64,000 nt of DNA. Source: Candidatus Heimdallarchaeota archaeon. GTDB lineage: Archaea > Asgardarchaeota > Heimdallarchaeia > Heimdallarchaeales > Heimdallarchaeaceae. The position numbers and the translations under genes were made by a program. The notes beneath the pieces are model-generated. The model worked only from the letters and a program-made list of their open reading frames with translations. It was not told the DNA's origin and did not search any database. Below, piece by piece: positions 30,184-38,156 of the stretch. The stretch is from NCBI GenBank assembly GCA_021399345.1, contig JAAFKI010000045.1, positions 32,001-96,000 on the forward strand, given 5' to 3'. Position 1 is the first letter of the stretch. Every line of letters starts with the position of its first letter.

Positions 30184-30738
30184 CTATGTTTGTTTCTTAC
30201 CAAAGAGAGCTGTTAATAGTTCCTCTGTTATCTCAATAGTATTTGATCTTGATTCTTCAACATCCAGTTCGATAAATTCGCAGATATTTTTTGGATGAAC
30301 TATAACACAAAGCTTGTTTTCATCTTTCTTGACTGAAAAAGGATAAAGCTGACATGTCAGTGGTTTGAATTTATGTACTTTACACAAACCTTTCTCATCA
30401 ACAAAAACACACTCATTCACAAATGGTTTTTTTCTTAAGATGTAAGCTTTAATAAAACCATTTTTTTCAAGGTTTTTGTTTGCGATAAGAACAGGACTTA
30501 ATTCTTCTAACATCTGATCAATTTCAATGCCATGATCTTGCATAAGTCTAATATCTGGTTCAGTTACTGGAATGTTATTCAACCTACAACATTCAGTACA
30601 GCTTGTACATTCAAAATAGATATGTCTAACTACATCAATTTCACCATGTTCATTCACAGTAGCAATTATAGTTCCACTAATATCCATTTTTTTCCTGAAT
30701 TGACCAAAAAGCTGAACATAAAAAGCTTGTCTATTCAT
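30184..30738 (-). CDS. YkgJ-family CxxCxxCC metal/Fe-S cluster protein
   Basis: FECTSCTECC, CVFVD..GLCKVH..KPLTCQLYPF. Confidence 0.9.
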   Translation of the reverse strand: MNRQAFYVQLFGQFRKKMDISGTIIATVNEHGEIDVVRHIYFECTSCTECCRLNNIPVTEPDIRLMQDHGIEIDQMLEELSPVLIANKNLEKNGFIKAYILRKKPFVNECVFVDEKGLCKVHKFKPLTCQLYPFSVKKDENKLCVIVHPKNICEFIELDVEESRSNTIEITEELLTALFGKKQT

Positions 30739-30907
30739 GGTCTAGTATATTTCAAATTCTAAAAACACATAACATACACTGAATCAAGTAAAATGTGAGT
30801 ATGGTTACCCGTGAATGGATAAGGCGTTATTTATGCAATCTTTTGTAACTTCAGAGATTTTAAATACTTTCACGCACATAGTAATAGATGGAAATTAATT
30901 TTTCAAA

Positions 30908-31330
30908 GTGATTTTAATGAGTGAAATGAATGAAATGATTAAAATGTTGGCTGATGCTTCTGAGGAGCAAAGACAACAAATGTTAACTCAAAGGTTGAAA
31001 ATGATTGCAGGGCAACCAGAAGAACAAAGAGTTAAATCTCTAGCGGGCCTGATAACAGCTGTTACAGAACTGAAAGAGAAGAAAATGAAACCTTTTATTG
31101 CAACACGAACAAAAATACTTATGGGATTAAGCCCAGAAGAGAAGGAAGCTCTTCTTCTAGGACGTATGAAAGCTGGTAAAATGGTTGGAGACAAAATTCA
31201 TATGACAGACATGAAAGTAACACTAGAAGTTGCTAAACAAATGGGTGAAGAAAAACTCAAAATGCTAACTGGTCTTATGAAGCAAATTGCAGAGAAGCAT
31301 GGGTTACCTACTCCTGAGTTCGGTTATTGA
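30908..31330 (+). CDS. Small Met-rich helical-repeat protein
   Basis: Recurring L..(S/P)EEQ/K helices; own TATA box. Confidence 0.7.
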   Translation: MILMSEMNEMIKMLADASEEQRQQMLTQRLKMIAGQPEEQRVKSLAGLITAVTELKEKKMKPFIATRTKILMGLSPEEKEALLLGRMKAGKMVGDKIHMTDMKVTLEVAKQMGEEKLKMLTGLMKQIAEKHGLPTPEFGY

Positions 31331-31409
31331 TCTGAAGAAGTAGATAATTAATATCTATTCTTTCTCTCTATCTTTTTCTCAAAGATTCGGAGTTAGAAAA
31401 AATTGTTTT

Positions 31410-32948
31410 ATGTTTAAATTAAGGATGATTAAAATGATGGAAAATATATTCAAAAGGTACAAAGAAATTCTCTTTTTTGGTTTTTCTCTTGTGCTTATTT
31501 CATTGGGATTGGGGATTTGGAGAACTATAAATGAAGCTACAATACAAGGTACAGTAGTAGAAATAGTATTGAAAAGATTCTTAGAAATAATCCCACTATT
31601 AGGTTTAGGGTTTCTGAAGCTAGGAATTGGTTTTGCCATTGTAACTATTGTAAAAAGTATTAAATCTACAGGAGAAAATGCAACTGGAAGTTTCAAGAAA
31701 GCAGGCTTAAAATTAGAAAACTATAAAGCACCATTCTTTGCTAAGAGTTTCCCAATTATGCTAATTGCAGGAATACTCTCTGAATTAGTTGCAGCAGTTT
31801 TAATGATATTTTGGATAATAGCTGGTGTTAATGGTAATGAATTTGCTAATCATATATATGAAATAATTACTGTTCCAATTGAAGGATTGGGTGTTGCTTT
31901 ACTGATAGGAGGTATAGCTTTTGGTTTAACCACTATAGTGCTCAATTTGGGTGTTCAAGTTAATGAATTACCTAAAAGACTGAAAGCACTGGTTAAAGGA
32001 GAAAAAGATCTAGAAGGATTACAACCTAGAAGTCTCATTCCAAGATGGACAAAGATTGTAACAATCACAGGTATGATTGTCACAGGATCTGCACTAATAC
32101 CAGTCGCTATAATTAGAGCAGTTCACTATGCAGTTAACTATTCACCAACATATGAAACACCAGTTGGTTTGAATGCATTACTTTGGGATACATGGATTTT
32201 TCTAGGGATAGCAATATTACTATTTGCAATAAGTTATTGGCTATTAAGAATTATAAAGTGGTTGAGAAGACAAAGAACTCAATTAGGAAAAACTGTTGAG
32301 GAAATAGCCGAAATGGAAGTTCCTACAATAGAAAATCCTTTGAAAATCACAACTGCTGTGCACTCATTTGCTACTGCAGGATTAATGTGGATGTTTATCT
32401 TCTTCTTTGTAATTTCAATCTATCAAGCTTTTCAAGAAACTTTGCTAGGGGTTGTTCCTCTAAAAATGCTCATTAAACCTGGTAGAGCGATTAGTCTAGC
32501 TTTGCTTTTCATTGGAATAGGACTAGCATTGTTAACCATAGTAGTTAATCTGAATCTCACAGCTTTTATGTTACCGAGCTCCTTTTCGAATATCGTAAAT
32601 GCAATTAAGAAAGATGATACAAGAGTTGAGCTCCCTCAAGCTTCTAACAAACCCTTAAAGCTATCACCTATGAAACTATTCATCGGTTTACTAATTGGTG
32701 CATTTATAGTTCTCATAGGAACATTACCACTTGCCATTCTAAGAATAAGTTACCAGTTTCAAGGACTTACACAGAGTCAGTTAACAGTTGAACATCTTAT
32801 TGGTCCAATTGTATCTACTGGAGTTGGTTTAATTTTTCTAATGATTGGTTTATTCTTCAGCACCATTGTGGGTTTTGTTAAAGCAAGAAAAGCAATAATT
32901 AGTGAGGGTGTTGAAAGCTGTGTCTATTACTCAATTGAGAAGAAGTAA
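31410..32948 (+). CDS. Polytopic membrane protein with five internal repeats
   Basis: Five copies of G..L...IG..L.TIV-like helices. Confidence 0.75.
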   Translation: MFKLRMIKMMENIFKRYKEILFFGFSLVLISLGLGIWRTINEATIQGTVVEIVLKRFLEIIPLLGLGFLKLGIGFAIVTIVKSIKSTGENATGSFKKAGLKLENYKAPFFAKSFPIMLIAGILSELVAAVLMIFWIIAGVNGNEFANHIYEIITVPIEGLGVALLIGGIAFGLTTIVLNLGVQVNELPKRLKALVKGEKDLEGLQPRSLIPRWTKIVTITGMIVTGSALIPVAIIRAVHYAVNYSPTYETPVGLNALLWDTWIFLGIAILLFAISYWLLRIIKWLRRQRTQLGKTVEEIAEMEVPTIENPLKITTAVHSFATAGLMWMFIFFFVISIYQAFQETLLGVVPLKMLIKPGRAISLALLFIGIGLALLTIVVNLNLTAFMLPSSFSNIVNAIKKDDTRVELPQASNKPLKLSPMKLFIGLLIGAFIVLIGTLPLAILRISYQFQGLTQSQLTVEHLIGPIVSTGVGLIFLMIGLFFSTIVGFVKARKAIISEGVESCVYYSIEKK

Positions 32949-33010
32949 ATTCTTCTTTTTATTTTCTTTTTAACAGCAACAGTTTTAATACTTTTTTTAT
33001 CTCATAAATT

Positions 33011-33652
33011 GTGAGTGAAGATAAAGAAAGTTTTTCCATGGGTTCTTTCTGGAAAACAAATTTACCAACAAGGAATATTTTAGTGATAATCCTCATTGTA
33101 CATATTGTTTTATGGATAATTACATTGTCTTTGGGGAACATTGCTACTTTCAGAGATGCTATATCTATAGCAGATGAGATATTAGTTGCAGTTGGTCAAT
33201 ATAATTACTTGGTTTTTCATGGGCATATCTATCAATTAGTTACTTCGATTTTTGTTCATGTAGATCTTCTTCACTTGCTCTCTAACTGTTTATTTTTACT
33301 TGTTTTTGGCTTCAAGGTAGAAGAACGATTATTATCCTGGCAATATTATTTTGTATTCATTATTTCAGGAATAATGGGTGGTTTGCTCTCTTTTGTATAT
33401 GGACCTTATTCTATCTCAGCGGGAGCCAGTGGAGGTGTTTTCGGATTACTTGGGGCAGCTCTAGCGCTTATGTATCAGCATGAAAAAACTAAATCGTTTT
33501 GGGGATATCTGGCATCAGGAGGAATTTTCTTCTTAATAATGTCTTTTGGTAGTCCAAATGTCAATTTCTTTGCACATGCTATAGGATTAGTAACTGGTGG
33601 AATAATCCCATTTATCATTAAAAAAAGAAGACAAACAGTTATTGTAACTTAA
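33011..33652 (+). CDS. Rhomboid intramembrane serine protease
   Basis: HVDLLHLLSN, GASGG, AHAIG. Confidence 0.93.
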   Translation: MSEDKESFSMGSFWKTNLPTRNILVIILIVHIVLWIITLSLGNIATFRDAISIADEILVAVGQYNYLVFHGHIYQLVTSIFVHVDLLHLLSNCLFLLVFGFKVEERLLSWQYYFVFIISGIMGGLLSFVYGPYSISAGASGGVFGLLGAALALMYQHEKTKSFWGYLASGGIFFLIMSFGSPNVNFFAHAIGLVTGGIIPFIIKKRRQTVIVT

Positions 33653-33658
33653 TCTTAG

Positions 33659-34345
33659 TTAGAAATATTCAGAAAGCTTTTTTTTCTCACTAAATTCTTT
33701 CTTTATTTTATTAACAGTATCCCATGATTCTCTCACATATGCAGGGAATTTCTTATTTTTTGCATAATATCTTCTCAAAAATTCTCTTGTAATAGGATCA
33801 GCTGGATATCCAGAACCAATTTCCTCGCCTATTTTATTGGAGATTTTTTCTATTGCATCATCTCTTTCCTTTTTTGCAATAATCGAGGCAGCTGAGACAA
33901 CAGGAAAAAGCATATCTGCTTTGTGTTTTGAGATTATTTCTGCATTAGAAAATTCAGTTTCAAATACTGCCCCAAATCTCTTCTCATTTACATCAGCTGC
34001 ATCAATATAAATTTCTGAGGGGGTTGTTTTAAGATCCTTTGCTAACTTTAGCATTATCTTCTGTTCAATAATATTCAAAGTATAGTTCTTTCTTAATTCG
34101 TCAATTTCAGCTGCAGAAAGATGTTTGACTTTGTAATCAACGGCTATAGGAATCAATTGAGAATATAATTCATCTCTTCTTTTCTTTGAAAGTAGCTTTG
34201 AATCTTTAACTTTGAGTTTAGTCAATTTGTCTATATCTTTCCTTGAAATGGCATATGCGCATATCACTAATGGCCCTATAACTGGACCTCTTCCAGCTTC
34301 ATCAATTCCTACAATAATTTCCTCATGATTTGTAATATTCTTCAC
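33659..34345 (-). CDS. rnhB: Ribonuclease HII
   Basis: GIDEAGRGPVIGP, DSK, HKAD, AASIIAK, GSGYP. Confidence 0.96.
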   Translation of the reverse strand: MKNITNHEEIIVGIDEAGRGPVIGPLVICAYAISRKDIDKLTKLKVKDSKLLSKKRRDELYSQLIPIAVDYKVKHLSAAEIDELRKNYTLNIIEQKIMLKLAKDLKTTPSEIYIDAADVNEKRFGAVFETEFSNAEIISKHKADMLFPVVSAASIIAKKERDDAIEKISNKIGEEIGSGYPADPITREFLRRYYAKNKKFPAYVRESWDTVNKIKKEFSEKKKLSEYF

Positions 34346-34350
34346 CTACT

Positions 34351-35544
34351 TTAGAGATCGTTTATTATCTTTATCAACTCTTCATATTTTGCATCAGTTT
34401 TCAATCCCTCTGGATCAAATGGTGTTCTAGATGCTTTAAATCCAGCTTCAGTAAGAGCATCAATAATATTTTGCATTTTTATTCCTCTATTCACAGAATG
34501 ACGTGTAACTAGAGGAAAATTATAGAAAAATGGAATTTCATCTATTTCTTCCAAAGCTAGTTTTAGCAATCTTGATATCCTCTTTTCACTAGGTAGTTCC
34601 ATTGCCTTATTTATGTCGCTCATCAAGAGAAGATATTGCTCATCATACAATTCACCCAACCATAGTGGTCCAGCTCTCTCCAAAGAGTTGTCACAGATTG
34701 GACAATGTGTTAAAGAAAAGGTTTCTTGCAATGTAAAAGTTCTATAGTAAGAACATTGAGAACAAAAAGACAGCAAACCGATTTTTTGATGCTGACTATT
34801 AGCAGCTTCTTTGCTTTTCTCTATTTTTACTTTGATTCTCAAGAAATGCTCATGATGGTAACTTAATATTGGCTTTATTTCAAGACCAAGTCTTCCAGCA
34901 CTAATGATTATATTGTATAGTAGAATTCTTAACGCAACTTCATGACATAAATAATGACGCGTTGGGTAAGAATTATAGATTCTTAAACACGCTTCTGAAT
35001 ACTTTCCACATAGAACTTGTAGATCAGTTGCCGTTGCGAATAGATACCCGGAATTTCTTTTGAGAGCATATAACGATGTTTCAAAAAATTTTATTGGAGA
35101 ACCAAATGGATCTATATCTATTACATCTATTGATTGTCTCTGTTGTATAATTTTATAAAGTAAATCTGAAGCATCTGAGTGAATTATTTCAAATTTCTCT
35201 TTATTATCTAGTAGTAATGCATTTTTAGAAATTATTTCAATAGCTTTAGGATTTTTATCGTTAATAATCACTTTATTGATTGTTGAAGAGCTTAATTCTT
35301 TTAATATCCTGAAACTACGAATCCCAGTTCCAGCTAAAGCATCTACAAAAGTTAATGGTTCTCCTCGTTTTTTGGAAATTGTTTCTAGCATAAGAAGGGT
35401 AAAATCTCTATTTAATGTCATTTTAGGATTATAGAATACTGAAGCATCGTATATTCTTTCGGCGTCTTTAATTATTTCTAATTCTGTATTTCCTTCTTTG
35501 ACTTTCTTCCAACTACCTGTTGTCATTGAATCACCCCAATACAC
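34351..35544 (-). CDS. trm1: tRNA (guanine26-N2)-dimethyltransferase
   Basis: VFYNP.M..NRD, GTGIR, DIDPFGSP, TATD, zinc finger, GPLWLG. Confidence 0.94.
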   Translation of the reverse strand: MYWGDSMTTGSWKKVKEGNTELEIIKDAERIYDASVFYNPKMTLNRDFTLLMLETISKKRGEPLTFVDALAGTGIRSFRILKELSSSTINKVIINDKNPKAIEIISKNALLLDNKEKFEIIHSDASDLLYKIIQQRQSIDVIDIDPFGSPIKFFETSLYALKRNSGYLFATATDLQVLCGKYSEACLRIYNSYPTRHYLCHEVALRILLYNIIISAGRLGLEIKPILSYHHEHFLRIKVKIEKSKEAANSQHQKIGLLSFCSQCSYYRTFTLQETFSLTHCPICDNSLERAGPLWLGELYDEQYLLLMSDINKAMELPSEKRISRLLKLALEEIDEIPFFYNFPLVTRHSVNRGIKMQNIIDALTEAGFKASRTPFDPEGLKTDAKYEELIKIINDL

Positions 35545-35547
35545 AAC

Positions 35548-36144
35548 TTATGATTCTGATTTGAAGTCTTTAGCTACCAAGTATATTTCCGAACTCTGTT
35601 TCCTTGAGGATTTTGGCTTGAATAATTTTACTACGTTGAAGAGTTCTTTAACCCTCTTTACAAATTCCTGTGTTTCACTCCCCTGGAATATCTTGCAGAC
35701 AAAAGATCCGCCCATGTATAATATATTGGATGCAAGTTCTAGAGCTCTATATGCAAGTATAGATTGTATAGAATGATCCACATCATAATTACCTGAAATA
35801 TTTGGAGCACAATCGGAGATTAGAACATCTGATTTTCCAAAGTTCTCTAGGAGAAATGTGGCTAGGTCTTTTCTAAAAATATCCTGAAAAAGAATGGTAA
35901 TGTTATTCTCTTTAAATTCCTGAATATATGCTTTATCTATTGCAATTACCAAACCATTGCTTCCAACTTTTCTAGAAGCTACTTGTGACCACCCACCAGG
36001 AGAAGCACCTAAATCGACAATTTGCTGACCCTTTTTGAAAATACTAAATTTGTCATTTATTTCAAAAAGCTTGTAAGAAGCTCGTGATCTAAAACCACTT
36101 ACTCTTGCTTTTCTTGCATAAGGGTCATCACTCAAAGTAATCAC
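35548..36144 (-). CDS. rlmE: 23S rRNA 2'-O-methyltransferase RlmE/FtsJ
   Basis: RSRASYKL, DLGASPGGWSQ, SDCAP, CKIF, SSEIY (K-D-K-E tetrad). Confidence 0.95.
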   Translation of the reverse strand: MITLSDDPYARKARVSGFRSRASYKLFEINDKFSIFKKGQQIVDLGASPGGWSQVASRKVGSNGLVIAIDKAYIQEFKENNITILFQDIFRKDLATFLLENFGKSDVLISDCAPNISGNYDVDHSIQSILAYRALELASNILYMGGSFVCKIFQGSETQEFVKRVKELFNVVKLFKPKSSRKQSSEIYLVAKDFKSES

Positions 36145-36204
36145 ATAGATTTATTTGAGTTATTTTAAAAATCATTATTGATAAGAATTGTGTCCTTTTA
36201 TTTA

Positions 36205-36669
36205 TTACTTCAAGGGTATACGCACTCTATCATCATCATCCAGAATATCATATTCAATGAATCTGAAAGATTGTATATCCTTTGATTCATCTTCTTCAAT
36301 TAACCATTCATTGTAAAGTCTGCAAGATACAGGATTTACTGGATTATTGATTGCACATTCGGTTATCCTATCACAAATGAAGCAAGGACATACCATAGTC
36401 ATCCAGCCAGTTTCTTTTTTCTTTGGAATTGTTAGAACATAGTCTTTAACATTACCTTCTGCAATAGGGATTTTTAAAATTCTATTTGAATAAAGAAGTT
36501 CATCCAATTTGTGAATGACAGTTTCATGACCACCGAGAATATCTAACACTTCTCTGTAGAGCAAATTTTTATTCTTAGTTCTGTCTATCAACTCAATTAT
36601 TTCATCCCCAAGGGCAATACTATAATTTTTCTCTATCTTAATTCTTTGAACAGGCATCATTCTCTTCAC
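36205..36669 (-). CDS. TFE-beta/RPC34-like protein (winged helix plus Fe-S domain)
   Basis: CPCFIC.....C......NPVSC.....WL motif. Confidence 0.8.
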   Translation of the reverse strand: MKRMMPVQRIKIEKNYSIALGDEIIELIDRTKNKNLLYREVLDILGGHETVIHKLDELLYSNRILKIPIAEGNVKDYVLTIPKKKETGWMTMVCPCFICDRITECAINNPVNPVSCRLYNEWLIEEDESKDIQSFRFIEYDILDDDDRVRIPLK

Positions 36670-36870
36670 ACCAGCTGAAAGTTATCGAATCCCTTCACTA
36701 TCCATTTTGATATCGAAGTACCCAAACAACAATCTTATCGTCTGGTTATACATTCCCCATCAGCATATTTAAGTATTAACACAGTTCAAGTTATTTTAAT
36801 AATTTCTGAAAAAATTAGAAATTCTTGTATATTGAATTATAGCGACAATAATAGGGAAAGTGAAGTATTT

Positions 36871-37191
36871 TCAACTTCTTTTTTTTACTGCCTTGTTATA
36901 CTTTGATGAATATGATTTTTTTCTCTGCCTTACATTAGAAGGTTTTCGCTCAATCACATAAAGCAAAGTATTAACATCAAATGATTCCTTATATTGGGGC
37001 TTGATTTTAATACTTACATAAGGGTATTTAACTGGTCCAAAAATGTCCACAATTTTCCCAATATGTTCCATTTTTTCAGTGACAACATTAGATCCAATTT
37101 TGGGGAGTTTTGGGGGATTTTGTAGTATTGCATTTCCCAGATCACTAAAAAACATTATAGTACCAAGCTTCTTTATTCTATCTCGCTCCAA
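36871..37191 (-). CDS. gar1: H/ACA RNP subunit Gar1/Naf1 family (start uncertain)
   Basis: IGKIVDIFGPVKYPYVSIK; located after S8e and SRP19. Confidence 0.88.
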   Translation of the reverse strand: MERDRIKKLGTIMFFSDLGNAILQNPPKLPKIGSNVVTEKMEHIGKIVDIFGPVKYPYVSIKIKPQYKESFDVNTLLYVIERKPSNVRQRKKSYSSKYNKAVKKRS

Positions 37192-37210
37192 TTTAATCAA
37201 ACTCTTTAAT

Positions 37211-37549
37211 TTATTTGGATCTGGATTTTGGCTTTTTTGAATCTCCAGATTTTTCAACTTTTTTGAGTTTTCTAGAAACATTTGCTACTCGTCTAATCAA
37301 CTCGGTTTTACTTGTTATTCCTTCGGGATTAACAATGACTCTACCTTCGCTCTCCCACTGTTTTTTAGAATATTTTTTGTCTTTTTCAACTTCATATTCC
37401 AGCTCTAGATACTTACATGCATAAACTATTTTTGATAAATTGCATTGATCTACTGCTTTATTTTTAGAAACTTTTCTTCCTTGTTTACGTGTAAGTTGTT
37501 TATTAAAATATTCTGGGTAGAGAACAAAATAACGCTTTTTGCGTAACAT
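37211..37549 (-). CDS. srp19: Signal recognition particle 19 kDa protein
   Basis: LYPEYFN...TRKQGRKV, K.Y....WE.EGRV. Confidence 0.92.
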   Translation of the reverse strand: MLRKKRYFVLYPEYFNKQLTRKQGRKVSKNKAVDQCNLSKIVYACKYLELEYEVEKDKKYSKKQWESEGRVIVNPEGITSKTELIRRVANVSRKLKKVEKSGDSKKPKSRSK

Positions 37550-37594
37550 GATATAGCCTTATTTGAATTGTTATTAAAATATTTGGAAGATTTA

Positions 37595-37990
37595 CTATTC
37601 TTCCTTAGGCTCTAGCAATACGCAGTTTATATTCCCATGTTGGCCAGGTCTGCTTGTAACTATTGCTTTACCTATTTCTGTATCTATAACACAACCTTTG
37701 GTAATAATCCTTCTTCTTGCGTATTCACGGTTTGCCTTATTTTCAAGAACATTAAGTATTTTGACTTTCTGTGAGATACCTGTTGATTGATCTAAAACAT
37801 TAGCATGTTGATCTACTAGAGTTCGATATTTGAGATTTCCACCACGTGTTCTAATCGGTTTGAGTACTCTTGGACCAATTTGAGTTTCAGCTGGATATCT
37901 ACCCATATCTCTTTTCTTCTTAGAAGCTGCTCTTCGGATAAGACCGCCTGATAGTTTTCTTCGTGAGCGTTTTAACCACTGATATGGCAT
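37595..37990 (-). CDS. rps8e: 30S ribosomal protein S8e
   Basis: [27 protein letters not shown]. Confidence 0.96.
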   Translation of the reverse strand: MPYQWLKRSRRKLSGGLIRRAASKKKRDMGRYPAETQIGPRVLKPIRTRGGNLKYRTLVDQHANVLDQSTGISQKVKILNVLENKANREYARRRIITKGCVIDTEIGKAIVTSRPGQHGNINCVLLEPKEE

Positions 37991-38156
37991 GTGTTATTTC
38001 ACCTTGGAACTCATCCAAATTGTTCAAATATAAGACTTTCCATTTTATAGTTATTAGAAGATATCTAGTTCTTGACAATTTGATATTCCAAAAAAATGAA
38101 AAGTTTTTCATTAATACTAGGGAAAAATCTAAAAGTCACAATGCCATTCTATACCT

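Noticed and set aside
37192-37281. N-terminal extension of Gar1 and antisense ORFs in the S8e-SRP19 cluster
   Set aside because: Overlap the bona fide SRP19 gene
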